64,000 nt of DNA, from contig NIVC01000462.1 of the NCBI GenBank assembly GCA_002269645.1, positions 649,516 through 713,515 on the forward strand. Direction: 5' to 3'. The notes below the pieces were generated by a model, which had not been told where the DNA came from, did not search any database, and saw only the letters and a program-made list of their open reading frames with translations. The translations under genes were made by a program, and so were the position numbers. Positions 38,431 through 52,445 of this stretch are shown one piece after another; position 1 is the first letter of the stretch, and each line of letters begins with the position of its first letter. Source of the DNA: Macrostomum lignano (Eukaryota).

Positions 38431-40799
38431 TGTGGTGAGCGAGAGACAAGCCAGTCAGGTTTAGTCCAACAAACAAAAAAAATTCTAACCCTCACCCAAA
38501 GGGTGGAGCTATTCTTATATTTACTCGAGAACGCATGTACATATACAAACAGAGCGCGCATGTACATCGGATGCCTTGACCCCCAAACACCGACTAGCAA
38601 AACAAACCAGTGAGTATACTCACTTTACAACATTCACCCTCCTCCTTAACAGTCACTAATTCCCTTCACAGCTGGCAATCAATGCGTCACGACCTGGCCG
38701 TACCACAACGGTGGTGCCCGCAGTCGCGCACTGCGCCGCAGCTCCGCGTCGGCCTCAACGGTCTCCGGCGGCGGGTCCGTCGGCCTTCTGGCGCTGCCGG
38801 CTCTGCAGCCACTGGCGGCTGTGGCGGCATTGCCGTTGCCGAAGTCGTGCTGGCACCCTCGGGCTCCGCATGAGGCATACAGAGGCTGGTGTGCCACCTT
38901 GAGCCGTCCTCTAACCTGACGATCGTCGGGCTGATGATGTCGTTGACCCGTAGAGGTGGTGACACGTGGCTCTGCAGCTTGCCTCGCATCCGCGGAGATC
39001 GCACTCGCACCAGGTCGCCGCACCCTAATTGAGGCGGTCGGGTTCTTTTGAGCCACTTGAACTTCTTTTGAACCGAATCCCTTAGGCTGAGCGGCACTCT
39101 GCGCAACGGTTGAGCAGTCGGTTGCACCGCGGGGTTGACTCGCGGCCTGTGCTGAAATCCTTTGATGTGTCCGAGTCCCTGAGTCAACTGGTCGAACCGG
39201 CCTGGGATCCAGTCAGGCAGGGCTCTGGTGCCGACTGTCTGCACTCGCTCACCGTCTGCAGTGACGATCCGCAGTCCCAGCTGATCCATGAGGTCGCACC
39301 CCAGGATGTCAGATCCGGTATTGACCACGCTAAGGTTGACGTAAGGCACTACTTTGTCCTTGAGCTGCACCGAGGTCAGGATGTCACCAAGCACGCCGAT
39401 CTTGCTGCCGTTGAAAGCGACCAGCTTCCGTGATGACGCCTGCAGGGGCACGTTGGAAAAAGTCTGTTGTACGTCGTCTTGGTGATGATGGAGACTCGCG
39501 AACCGGAGTCAACGAGCAGCTTGACAGGCCTCCCGTTTAGCAGCACTTCGCAGTGCTTGCTTGCTGCCGCAGCTGTCGACACAGTGCAGATGGAGTACTC
39601 ATCCTGAAGCTGTCGCACTCGGTTGCCGCTCCTGCAGACTCTGGCGAAGTGCCCGCACTTGCCGCAGGACTTGCACTTCTGCCCCTTTGCTGGGCAAGTC
39701 TGTCCACCGAAATGCGCCGCTGAGCCACAGTAGCCGCAGCTCCGGCCGTTGGTTGTCGGCTTCAGTGCCTCGTGCTGTCTTGCCGCCGCTCCACTTTTCT
39801 TGGCCTTGCTGATCTGCTGGACTCCCCACGAGCTGCTTGGGTCTGTGTGGCTGCCTCCCTTGATGGCCTGGGCCTCCAGCAGTCCAGTTTCCAGTCGCTC
39901 CGCCAACTGCACAGCTGTCGCCAAGGTCAGCTCCGGCTCCATAAGCAGTCGCTCCCTGATGTGGTTGCTGAGCACTTTCTCGACGAGCTGGTCACGCAGC
40001 ATCTCCTCCTGGAAGGTCTTGAAGTCGCAGTTCGAAGCCAGGTTTCGCAGCGCGGCAACGAAGTCGCTGATCTTTTCGCCCGGTCGCTGAGCTCTCTGTC
40101 GGAATCTGTGCCTCTCAGAAACTGCGTTGACCTTGGGTCCGAAGTGCGTGTCCAGGAGCTTCAGCGTGTCATTAACTGTTGATGGCGGTTGCTCTCCTTC
40201 CTCCTGATTGCTGCTGGCTTGTAGAGACATGTAGATGTTTTGTCCCTCTGCACCCAAACAGTGGATGAGCAACGCTTGTTTTCTTTGCTCCGGCAGATCG
40301 ATGGCTCCCGATGCTAGCAGGTAGTTGCTGAACATTGCTTTCCATCGGTTCCATTCAATCAGCGGTGCTCCAGCGGCTGGCAGAAACGGCTGCGGTGGCG
40401 AAATGTTGACACTCATTCTGTTGGCTGTATCTCTGCTTGACTGTTGGGCTGCTGCTTGTTGAGACCCTCTCTGTGGGTCGCCCATTGCACTTGCATTTGC
40501 ACCTTCTGTGCTGCTCATGACTTGGCAGATTTTAGAGTTCGCACTTGTGCTGAATCACGCTGGCCCAAATCAATTGATTTCTCCGCGCGACGCCAAAATG
40601 TGGTGAGCGAGAGACAAGCCAGTCAGGTTTAGTCCAACAAACAAAAAAATTCTAACCCTCACCCAAAGGGTGGAGCTATTCTTATATTTACTCGAGAACG
40701 CATGTACATATACAAACAGAGCGCGCATGTACATCGGATGCCTTGACCCCCAAACACCGACTAGCAAAACAAACCAGTGAGTAAACTCACTTTACAACA
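38431..40799 (-). mobile_element. Complete-ended, internally deleted Ty3/gypsy LTR retrotransposon (2.37 kb; gag + protease only)
   Basis: LTRs 38431-38632 and 40599-40799 (TG..CA; 1 substitution + 1 indel). 5-bp TSD TATAG. PBS TGGCGTCGCGCGG; PPT TTAAGGAGGAGGGTGAA. Gag with CCHC knuckle; LLVDSGS protease. Confidence 0.95.
39376..40518 (-). CDS. Gag (zinc knuckle) + aspartic protease of the LTR element; continues after a 1-nt shift into 39451-38687
   Basis: CGYCG...H....C and CKSCGKCGHFARVC knuckles; VKLLVDSGSRVSII. Confidence 0.85.
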   Translation of the reverse strand: MSSTEGANASAMGDPQRGSQQAAAQQSSRDTANRMSVNISPPQPFLPAAGAPLIEWNRWKAMFSNYLLASGAIDLPEQRKQALLIHCLGAEGQNIYMSLQASSNQEEGEQPPSTVNDTLKLLDTHFGPKVNAVSERHRFRQRAQRPGEKISDFVAALRNLASNCDFKTFQEEMLRDQLVEKVLSNHIRERLLMEPELTLATAVQLAERLETGLLEAQAIKGGSHTDPSSSWGVQQISKAKKSGAAARQHEALKPTTNGRSCGYCGSAAHFGGQTCPAKGQKCKSCGKCGHFARVCRSGNRVRQLQDEYSICTVSTAAAASKHCEVLLNGRPVKLLVDSGSRVSIITKTTYNRLFPTCPCRRHHGSWSLSTAARSACLVTS

Positions 40800-41833
40800 T
40801 ATAGCCGCAGAGTGCACGTTAAACATCGGCTCAATGCCTAGCAAACTTCTATAGTTCTACAGTTGGAATCACGGAAGCGATTTCCAGGCAAACTAGGATG
40901 ATTGTGACTGTGCTAGGAAGATAGTTCTGAACAATAGCTTTTCTATTCTATTGTTTATTAGTCGTCTAATAAACAATAACAAAACACCATGGATGTTTTG
41001 ATTTCAAAGTTAGCCAACACACATTTGACGGAAGTTAAGCATGGGCGATCTACAGGAAATCAAGCGAAAATCCCACAGGAAGCGAACAACTGTATTGATC
41101 CATTGTTAACCATCATGGACTGTTTCCGCACCTGCACTGCAACGTTGCTTATGGTGCAAGGGTCCGCTACGATCGGACTCGATCGCGCCTCTGTCTACAG
41201 CTCTCTGCTGTCTGCTGTCAGCGCTGGTTGTGAGACGATATGTCGCCAAGAAGGCGTTGCAAAATGTTTGAATAAAATTTTCAGACTTTTTTACCAAGCA
41301 TAGAGTTGCTGGAGTCATGGACAAACTGTACGGCAACAGCTTACAAACAAGATGTCGGTCGGCTAATGTGCCAAAAGAAACAGAAAACTTCTTGCATCGA
41401 CTTTCCACTTTAGTTGCCAGTGTGTGTGTGACGCTCTTCCACAAATCCTATAGAAGAAAAAGCCCACAGAAAAATACAATGAAAGCAGAAATCCATAATT
41501 TTGAAATTAATCTCTTTTGTGTTGAAAATCAGGCAGGAAAAATCCGGAAAATTTCTAACCAAGCGCTGATGAATTTTCAAGAGGAAGTTTGTCTGCAACC
41601 ATAGGCATTTTTTATTTCATTTTATTTCTGAAGCACACGGCGCAAAAAACAGCACGAGTGCAAAAACTAACAGAACCCCTGAATAAGAGAGTTTCTGCAA
41701 TGAAACCAACACAGCTTTTTAGCTTAAACTTTTATTTGTCTCGAGGATGTGGGACTTCGCATCAAAGATTCAGTTTGCTTGAGTCCATGCTCAGCTCATC
41801 AGCTGAGCCAGTCGGTCACCGCACCGCTCGAGC

Positions 41834-42577
41834 TCAGCCACGCACGAACAGAGTCCACTCGGGCCCGCTCAGGTGGCCAGGCGGGTACACGAACTCCAGC
41901 AGGTGGCAGGCAAGCTCCTGTCGGGAGAAAACGGCGGCCTGGCAGTCGGCTCTGGCGCTGCACCGGAGCAGGCAGTCCTCGACGGACTGGGCAGCGACAG
42001 GCCAGACGGAGGTGGTACCGGATGTCACGGGAGGGCTGGACTGCTTCACTACCGTGTAGGTGTTGTTGTCCGAAACTGAGAAATTGCACGATAAATAAGC
42101 TTTTCAATAATTAGCATGTTTTCATTCTGACTAAAGGTACAGGGATTTAGAAATCAGAATATTTGTACCTGGGTAGCTCAGGGAGAACACGGAGTTTCTG
42201 ACGGGGCCGCCACACTTCTGCATCGCGTTTCCCGAGCAATCCATGCTGCAGTCGGCTTCGCTTACCGGGCCATGGGATCCGAAGGAGCTGCCGCAGTAGC
42301 ACTCTGTGCTGTACTGCACCCCGAAGTACGGGAAGCTGCCGATCGAGCAGATGCCGCTGCACAACTCGTGCGACATCTCTGCGCTGCGGACTCTCTTGTA
42401 ATTTTCGACATCGAATCCACCGATCCTGCTGCCTCCACTGAGCCCGTTCAGGTCTCTGGGTGACACACGGTCTTTATAGCAGCCCAGGTATTCGAAGCGG
42501 ACGAACCTGCAGGTGACGCAAGTCAGCAAGAGGGCAGTGCAGAACAGAACGGAGAGAGTGGCTGTTGGGCGGAACAT
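41834..42577 (-). CDS. Secreted WSC + PAN/Apple-like protein F; exons 42577-42169 and 42075-41834
   Basis: Paralogue of C/D, inverted, with the same intron and an intact frame. Confidence 0.9.
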
Positions 42578-42909
42578 TTCTCTGCTAGGAGAGGAGCTTG
42601 GAACAGCTGAGTTAAGCAGTTCTGCATCTCAAGTCAGAAAAGATTCAGCTTTATTATAGCAACTCTGACTGGCAAACATAAAATCCGCCTTTGGACCAAT
42701 CAGGTCCGTTAGCAACGGTCGTCGAACACAGGTTTTTTGACGAGAAAATTTTTAGACCTTACACAATCAAGACTTTTTGTAATCCAATCGGGACTCTAGG
42801 AGTACGGGCTATGAGCTGCAAGCTAGTAAGCTACATGCGTCATGCGGGACCCCTGTGTCCTTCCCTTCGCGTTGGGAGGACAACAGGACACAGCATCTCC
42901 GAATGTGTA

Positions 42910-43440
42910 CTCACTGTGTCACAGATTCTAGGTACTCACAGGTGGACAATGTGAGCTCATTTGGTCACAGATTCTAGGTACTCACAGGTGGACAATGTGA
43001 GCTCATTTGGTCACAGATTCTAGGTACTCACAGGTGGACAATGTGAGCTCATTTGGTCACAGATTCTAGGTACTCACAGGTGGACAATGTGAGCTCATTT
43101 GGTCACAGATTCTGGGTACTCACAGGTGGACAATGTGAGCTCATTTGGTCACAGATTCTAGGTACTCACAGGTGGACAATGTGAGCTCATTTGGTCACAG
43201 ATACTGGGGTACTCAATGGTGGACAAAGTGTGCTCACTGTGTCACAGATTATGAGTACTCAATGGTGGACGATGTGTGCTCACTGTGTCACAGATTATGA
43301 GTACTCAATGGTGGACGATGTGTGCTCACTGTGTCACAGATTATGAGTACTCAATGGTGGACGATGTATGCTCACTGTGTCACAGATTATGAGTACTCAA
43401 TGGTGGACAATGTGTGCTCATTTGGTCACAGATTATGGGT
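42910..43440. repeat. 46-bp minisatellite
   Basis: (CACAGATTCTAGGTACTCACAGGTGGACAATGTGAGCTCATTTGGT)n grading into a second variant. Confidence 0.95.
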
Positions 43441-44084
43441 ACTTAATGGTGTAAAATGTTACACTCTTTGCACCTCGATAGTTTAACACAGTCTACGAAT
43501 ATACACAGACTAAAGTAAGCCACGAGAGAAAATGAAAGGCAAGCATTAATGATTAAATTTATAAACCTCAAAAAATCAGGTCAACTTCTGTCAGGTGTTT
43601 ATTTTTAACGCCGTGCTTATTAACAGGCCCGACAATCATTGCCACTATATAATTATTATTTAAGTTATAGCACAAGCACAGAAAAGTAATTATAGACAAG
43701 CAGACTAAAAACAAAGGAGGCTTTAAGAAACGAATTGGTCTCGTCGCACGTACAGTCGGCCGCTACTTACCAGTCTTTCTTATTACTACTGACATTGATA
43801 AGTAGTAAAAACACGCATCCAATAAAAAATATTACAATTGTAAAAAATAATTCAGAGTTGCACTTAACGGAAAGTCTAAGTCTGAATAAATACATGTAAT
43901 TAGGTGAGCGCCTCGCATTGAAAGCGATGCAACATGACATGAAGGCATCTGGATCTTGCTGATTTTCTATACATATCGTTTATTATTTTTTATGATACAA
44001 TACTTATGTACTTTACGCGGTGATACCTGATGAAGCATCTTTACGCGGTGATACCTGATGAAGCATCCGGGAGTCTGGGCTCAT

Positions 44085-44535
44085 GTGAGATCTGAGCTCA
44101 TGTGGGATCTGAGCTCATTTGGGATCTGAGCTCATTTGGGATTTGAGCTCATTTGGGATCTGAGCTCATTTGGGATCTGGGCTTATTTGGGATCTGGGCT
44201 TATTTGGGATCTGGGCTTATTTGGGATCTGAGCTCATTTGGGATCTGAGCTCATTGGGGATCTGGGCTTATTTGGGATCTGGGCTTATTTGGGATCTGGG
44301 CTTATTTGGGATCTGGGCTTATTTGGGATCTGAGCTCATTTGGGATCTGAGCTCATTTGGGATCTGAGCTCATGTGGGATCTGAGTTCATTTAGGATTTG
44401 AGCTCATTTGGGATCTTGAGCTCATGTGGGATCTGAGATCATGTGGGATCTGAGCTCATTTGGGATCTGGGCTTATTTGGGATCTGAGCTTATTTGGGAT
44501 CTGGGCTTATTTGGGATCTGGGCTCATGTGGGATC
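44085..44535. repeat. 17-bp minisatellite (GGGATCTGAGCTCATTT)n downstream of the UBE3C stop
   Basis: Tandem array. Confidence 0.95.
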
Positions 44536-44615
44536 TGATGAAGCACCAAGCAAGAATCTGAGCTCATGCAGCCGTATCTACCGTATCTATCAGCTCAGCT
44601 TAAAAGCTACTTGAG

Positions 44616-47600
44616 TTAACTGAGCTCAAATCCGCTATTAGACTCCACAGCTAGCATGAGCTTCTGCTTGAGCGTGTCCATGTCACCATAGTCGGGCAGC
44701 TTCAGCAGGTTGATGCAGGTGCTGGCGGTGGGCAGACGGTCGGTCTCGGGCACCAGCGCCAGCGTGAAGGCCGGCTGCAGCTCTTGCCAGCCGTACAGAG
44801 GCGCCCGAGTCAGCGAGGTGACAAACCGCAGGACGGCCCGACGCTGGCGTTCGTCGAAGTCGTCCAGCATGAGTCGCCAGAAAGCGGCTACGGTGTCGGA
44901 CTCGGCGGAGCAGTTCTGGTACTGCGTGTGTCGGCGAAGGTCCAGCACGTCTATCGGACTGTCGGAGCCGCTGATGAGCAGCTGCAGCTCGTTGTGGGAG
45001 AAGAAGGCCAGCCAGTCGCTGCAGGGGATCACCGACACGAGGCCCTGGGCGAAGGCCTGCGTCTGGGCGGCGGTCTGCCTGTGGAGCCGGTAGTCGGCGA
45101 GCAGCAGCTGGTACTCGGTGACATTGTCCGGCGTCACCTGGACACTGCTGCCGTCCGGTTTGAGTTCCACGGTCTCCGAGCGGCCGAGACGGTCCTCGGT
45201 GAGGCTGAAGTCCAACTCCATAGCTTCGAGGTCCTCGGCGCTTGCCGAGCTTAGGGCTAGCACGTTTCTAGGGAAAGGGGGGGGGCAATTTTTCGATACA
45301 TATCGGCGATTCTGATTATTTTTACTTTCGATACATATCGGCGATTCTGGTTATTTATACTTTTGATACATATCGGCGATTCTGATTACTTTTACTTTCG
45401 ATACATATCGGCGATTCTGATTATTCGTATTTTCGATACATATCGGCGATTCTGATTATTTTTACTTTCGATACATATCGGCGATCCTGATTATTTTTAC
45501 TTTCGATACATATCGGCGATTCTGATTATTTTTACTTTCGATACATATCGGCGATCCTGATTATTTTTACTTTCGATACATATCGGCGATTCTGATTATT
45601 TGTACTTTCGGTACATATCGGCGATTCCGATTATTTTTACTTTCGATACATATCGGCGATTCCGATTATTTTTACTTTCGATACGTATCGGCGATTCTGA
45701 TTATTTGTACTTTCGATACATATCGGCGATTCCGATTATTTTTACTTTCGATACATATCGGCGATCCTGATTATTTTTACTTTCGATACATATCGGCGAT
45801 TCTGATTATTTGTACTTTCGGTACATATCGGCGATTCCGATTATTTTTACTTTCGATACATATCGGCGATTCCGATTATTTTTACTTTCGATACGTATCG
45901 GCGATTCTGATTATTTGTACTTTCGATACATATCGGCGATTCCGATTATTTTTACTTCCGATACATATCGGCGATTCTGATTATTCGTATTTTCGATACA
46001 TATCGGCGATTCCGATTATTTTTACTTTCGATACATATCGGCGATTCTGATTATTCGTATTTTCGACACATATCGGCGATTCTGATTATTCGTATTTTCG
46101 ATACATATCGGCGATTACGATTATTTTTACTTTCGATACATATCGGCGATTCTGATTATTCGTATTTTCGACACATATCGGCGATCCTGATTATTCGTAT
46201 TTTCGATACATTTCGGCGATTCTGATTATTTTTACTTTCGATACATATCGGCGATTCTGATTATTTTTACTTTCGATACATATCGGGAATTCTGATTATT
46301 CGTACTTTCGACACTTTTCGGCAGTCCAGATTATTTGTATTTTCGATACGTATCGGGAATTATAATTATTTATACTTTCGATACATATCGGTAATTTTGA
46401 TTATTTATACTTTCAATACATATTGACAATCCTCATTTTTTGTACTTTCAATACATACGAGCGTATCAGCGCTGGACATTAAAATTATTTTTTAGTTTAC
46501 ATTGACCCTAAAAACCCAAACTCAAAAATCTTCAGCTCACCTATACAGCTCAGCATCGAGCTCTTCAAGCTCGTCAAGACTGGCCGCCGCCCGCTGCTGG
46601 GCGTCCCTCGCCCCGCTGGCGTAGATGATCACCCTCCGGAGGAAGAACGGCGCCAACGGCAGGTCAATGAGCAGCCGTTCGAACAACAGTTTGCCCAGCA
46701 GGCGGCCGTGAAAGAAATAGTGCGACGTGAATTCCGAATTGATGGCGGCGCTCAACGGGTTCGGGTACAGCGCGCCGGAGCTCGCCTGGCTGTAGAAGCC
46801 GCGCTGCGGATCAAAGGCTGCCGACAGCACCAGGGCAAGGAACTCCCGCATCAGCCCGCCACCGTCTATGCCGGCCTCCTGCGGCACCGTGGGATAGTTG
46901 AAAGCATGTGTGAGATATGGGATCCGAGAGTGAGATATGGGATCAGAGAGTGAGATATGGGATCAGAGAGTGAGATATGGGATCAGAGAGTGAGATATGG
47001 GATCAGAGAGTGAAATATGGGATCAGAGAGTGAGATATGGGATCAGAGAGTGAGATATGGGATCAGAGAGTGAGATATGGGATCAGAGAGTGAGATATGG
47101 GATCACAGAGATATGGGATCATAGGAGATATGGAATTATATAGTGAGATATGGGATCAGAGAGTGAGATATGGGATCAGAGTGAGATATGCGATCCGAGA
47201 GTGAGATATGGGATCACAGAGATATGGGATCATAGGAGATATGGAATTATATAGTGAGATATGGGATCAGAGAGTGAGATATGGGATCAGAGAGAGATAT
47301 GGGATCAGAGAGTGAGATATGGGATCCGAGAGTGTGATATAGGATCATAGAAGGAGATATGGGATCAGAGAGTGAGATATGGGATCAGAGAGAGATATGG
47401 GATCAGAGAGAGATATGGGATCAGAGAGTGAGATATGGGATCCGAGAGTGTGATATAGGATCATAGAAGGAGATATGGGATCAGAGAGTGAGATATGGGA
47501 TCAGAGAGTGAGATATGGGATCCCAGAGATATGGGATCATAGGAGATTTGGAATTATATAGTGAGATATGGGATCAGAGAGTGAGATATGGGATCAGAGT

Positions 47601-50600
47601 GAGATATGCGATCCGAGAGTGAGATATGGGATCAGAGAGAGATATGGGATCAGAGAGTGAGATATGGGATCCGAGAGTGAGATATGCGATCCGAGAGTGA
47701 GATATGAGATCAGAGAGTGAGATATGGGATCCGAGAGTGTGATATGGGATCCGAGAGTGTGATATGGGATCCGAGAGTGTGATATGGGATCCGAGAGTGT
47801 GATATGGGATCATAGAAGGAGATATGGGTTTAGAGAAGGAGATATAGGATCATAGAAGGAGATGTAGGATCATAGAAGGAGATATGGGATCATAGAAGGA
47901 GATATGGGATCATAGAAGGAGATATGGGATCAGAGAAGGAGATATAGGATCATAGAAGGAGATGTAGGATCATAGAAGGAGATATGGGATCATAGAAGGA
48001 GATATGGGATCATACTCGTAGAAGGAGATATGGGATCAGAGAAGGAGATATAGGATCATAGAAGGAGATGTAGGATCATAGAAGGAGATGTAGGATCATA
48101 GAAGGAGATGTAGGATCATAGAAGGAGATGTAGGATCATAGAAGGAGATGTAGGATCATAGAAGGAGATATAGGATCATAGAAGGAGATATGGGATCATA
48201 GAAGGAGATATGGGATCATAGAAGGAGATATGGGATCATAGAAGGAGATATGGGATCAGAGAAGGAGATATAGGATCATAGAAGGAGATGTAGGATCATA
48301 GGAGATGTAGGATCATAGAAGGATATATGGGATCATAGGAGATATAGGATCATAGAAGGATATATGATCATAGAAGGATCATAGATCATAGAAGGATCAT
48401 AGTCCATAGAAGGAGATATGGGATCATAGGAGTATATGGGATCATAGGAGTATATGGGATCATAGGAGTATATGGGATCATAGGAGTATATGGGATCATA
48501 GGAGTATATGGGATCATAGGAGTATATGGGATCATAGGAGTATATGGGATCATAGGAGTATATGGGACCATAGGAGTATATGGGATCATAGGAGTATATG
48601 GGATCATAGGAGTATATGGGATCATAGGAGTATATGGGATCATAGGAGTATATGGGATCATAGGAAATATGGGATCAGAGCCTTAGCTAGAGTCTCTCAA
48701 ATCGATGGAATTATTGGAATGCTCACCTCCAGGCCCAGCTCGTTGCGAAACGACACCTTAAGCCTAGGATAGAGATTCTCCTCCCCATACAGTTGGCTGA
48801 AGGCGTCCTCATAGATTTTGTCTCGCCTAGCGGTGACCCTGATACCGGAGGCGCCAAACTCGTGCCTATCATAATCAATAGAAGCTTTGTAGGCGTGCAG
48901 CAGTGAATAGAATAGGCGAACTCGGTCCCAGAAGTTGATGAGGTAGGGCGCCTCGGTGAGAATGGCCAGCTGTAGCCGCTCAGTAGAGGACAGGTAAGGA
49001 ATGCTGATTGAGTCATTCAGCACAGAATAGTAGCCAAAACTGTTGGAAGCTTCGCGCTCCAACCAGTAGGCCGGCTGCAGCGACTTGATGGGCGGAATGC
49101 GGCCCTGCACAGACCAGTGCGAGGAGGTGCCCGAAGATTCCAGGCTGGCGTTTGACGAGGCCGGAGTGAACTTGCGCAGCTGGTCCAGGCTGTACAGGCG
49201 GCTCACCAGGAGCTTCACGCTGGAGAACAAGCTGGAGTAGAGCTGGAGTAGCTCCCTGAGGGTGTGAGAGTCCGATTGGGATATTGTCAGACTGGGGATT
49301 TGAGCCCGATTGGGATATTGTCAGACTGGGGATTTAAGTCCGATTGGGATATTGTCAGATTGGGGATTTGAAATTGATTGGGATATTGTCAGACTGGGGA
49401 TTTGAAACCGATTGGGATATTGTCAGACTGGGGATTTGAGCCCGATTGGGATATTGTCAGACTGGGGATTTGAGCCCGATTGGGATATTGTCAGACTGGG
49501 GATTTGAAATTGATTGGGATATTGTCAGACTGGGGATTTGAGCCCGATTGGGATATTGTCAGACTGGGGATTTGAAATTGATTGGGATATTGTCAGACTG
49601 GGGATTTGAAACCGATTGGGATATTGTCAGACTGGGGATTTGAAACCGATTGGGATATTGTCAGACTGGGGATTTGAGCCCGATTGGGATATTGTCAGAC
49701 TGGGGATTTGAATTTGATTGGGATATTGTCAGACTGGGGATTCCAACCTGATTGGGATATTGTCAGACTGAGGATTTGACCCTGATTGGGATATTGTCAG
49801 ACTGGGGATTTGACCCTGATTGGGATATTGTCAGACTGGGGATTTGACCCTGATTGGGATATTGTCAGACTGGGGATTTGAAACCGATTGGGGTATTGTC
49901 AGACTGGGGGCCGCACCTGGAGCCGCTGCCAGCTCCGCTATTGTCAGCACCAGCAGCTGCCTCGGGTCCCACAGCGCCGCCCAGAGACCGCAGAGCTCGC
50001 ACGTAGTCAGCATTGAGCAGGTCGGGCCTCGTGTCAGGATGTGACAGCAGCAGCAGGCCCAGCAGAAGGTCGCGCAGGTCGGCAGACAGGCCCAGCAGGC
50101 ACTGGCGAGTCAGCGGCTCCGGCGAGAAAAGTCTGGCGAATGCGGCCAGCAGCGGCTGCAGGGCGGCCATGGCAGGCAGTTCGGGCTGTACAGCCCGAGA
50201 GATCAGCTGCACCAAGGGCTGCGGGTGCTGGCTGTGACGGAACTGCGAGATCGCCTGCCAGAAGCTGCGCAGGAATGCTGAGCGGGCCGGACCGGCGGGC
50301 GTCAGGGAGTACAGGCTGAGGCTGGGGGCCTGCGGGGTGGAGGGGGCTGCATCTCAGGCATTGACCAACCCTGCATCTCAGGCACTGACCAACCCTGCAT
50401 CTCATAAACTGACCAACCCTGCATCTCATAAACTGATTAACCCTACATCTCAGGCATTGACCAACCCTGCATCTCAGGCACTGACCAACCCTGCATCTCA
50501 TAAACTGACCAACCCTGCATCTCATAAACTGATTAACCCTACATCTCAGGCATTGACCAACCCTGCATCTCATAAACTGATTAACCCTGCATCTCATAAA

Positions 50601-51988
50601 CTGACCAACCCTGCATCCCATAAACAGACCAACCCTGTATGGTACTAAATTTCCTAAACCTGCGCTTTTACCGCACTAAAATCTCAAACAAGACCCAGCG
50701 ATAGCAATAGCCTTGAGAACGCACCATCTCGATGACGCTGCTCAGGTGCACAAACACTTGGCTGTCGGGACCATCGGCTACGGCAGTTCGGGCCACCTCG
50801 GCAAACCAGTCGCTCGACAGGCCGGCTGCAACGTCCTCGGCGAGGTCGGCTGGCAGCTCTCGAAGGCAGGGGCGGCTCAGGTGCAACAGCTGGAGCATCA
50901 GCCTAGCGCTCGCAGCAGGTGACATCGTGGCGCTGTGCAGAAGAATCTCGCGGCCCTGACAAGCCAGGAGGTGCAGCAGGCCTGGACCGGACTGTCCGTT
51001 GCCGGTAGCTGGCGACGTGACGTCGATTGCGGCAGCCAGCAGAGCTGAGCCCAGCCGAGGCTGCGAGGCGGCGGCGCTGGCCAGCAGGGGGCCGACCAGC
51101 TGGCAGGCGACTAACGGCGAGGCCGGCGAAGGCAGTTGCGAGACGGCGAAGAAGCTGCCGCCGATGCAGCGGCGGTGGCCTCTGGGTAATCGGGATGGAG
51201 AGGCTGCTTGAGGCTGGCTTCAGTTATGTTATCTCAAGATTCGAGTTGTGGGATCTCAAGAATCGAGTTGTGGGATCTCAAGAATCGAGTTGTGAGATAT
51301 CAGGCAAGGATCGAGTTGTAGGATCTCAAAAATCGAGTTGTGGGATCTCAAGGATCGAGTTGTGGGATCTCAAGGATTGAGTTGTGGGATCTCATGGATC
51401 GAGTTGTGGGATCTCAAGAATCGAGTTGTGGGATCTCATGGATCGATTTGTGGGATCTCAAGGATCGAGTTGTGGGATCTCATGGATCGAGTTGTGGGAT
51501 CTCATGGATCGATTTGTGGGATCTCAAGGATCGAGTTGTGGGATCTCAAGGATCGAGTTGTGGGATCTCAAGGATCGAGTTGTGGGATCTCAAGGATCGA
51601 ATTGTAGGATCTCAAGAATCGAGTTGTGGGATCTCAAAACGCGAGTTGTGGGATCTCAAAAATCGAGTTGTAGGATCTCAAGTATCAAGTTGGGATCTTA
51701 AGCATCGAGTTAAGAGTTTAGCTAGAGTATGTTACCGATATGAGCAGGCAGTGGGGCAGCACAGAGTCTGTCTGAGCAGGTGCCCGGTCAGCGTTCTGCA
51801 CTCCTGCTCAGGGCCATCACTGCCGGACTCGTTGGCTAAGCTGGAGGTCAGCGGCAGCAGCAGCAGGCTGCACAGAGACCGAGTGAGTGGCTGCGAAAGC
51901 GCGTCCGAGAGGTCGGAGCGGCCCGCCAGACCGCACCTGCGAGTGGGAGCGGCCAAGATGCTGCTTTGAGTCGGTCTTAGTGTCTTGG

Positions 51989-52060
<72 letters not shown>

Positions 52061-52064
52061 AGAG

Positions 52065-52117
<53 letters not shown>

Positions 52118-52192
52118 GTCTGTCTGTCTGTCTGTCTTAGTGTCTGTCTGTCTGTCTGTCTGTCTTAGTGTCTGTCTGTCTGTCTGTCAGAG

Positions 52193-52225
<33 letters not shown>

Positions 52226-52314
52226 TAGTGTCTGTCTGTCTGTCTGTCTGTCTTAGTGTCTGTCTGTCTGTCTGTCAGAGTGTCTGTCTGTCTTAGTGTC
52301 TGTCTGTCTGTCAT

Positions 52315-52385
<71 letters not shown>

Positions 52386-52388
52386 TAG

Positions 52389-52445
<57 letters not shown>

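Noticed and set aside
39440-39475. Programmed -1 frameshift between the two LTR-element ORFs
   Set aside because: The shift falls inside the protease domain at a T5 run; one extra T restores a single ORF, so mutation or a sequencing error is more likely.
40989-41604. Two ORFs possibly from a P/THAP9-like transposase tail
   Set aside because: The resemblance is impressionistic, with no diagnostic motif or TIR.
44025-44075. Tandem CCTGATGAAGCATC as a hammerhead ribozyme
   Set aside because: No stem II or GAAA follows the CUGAUGA.
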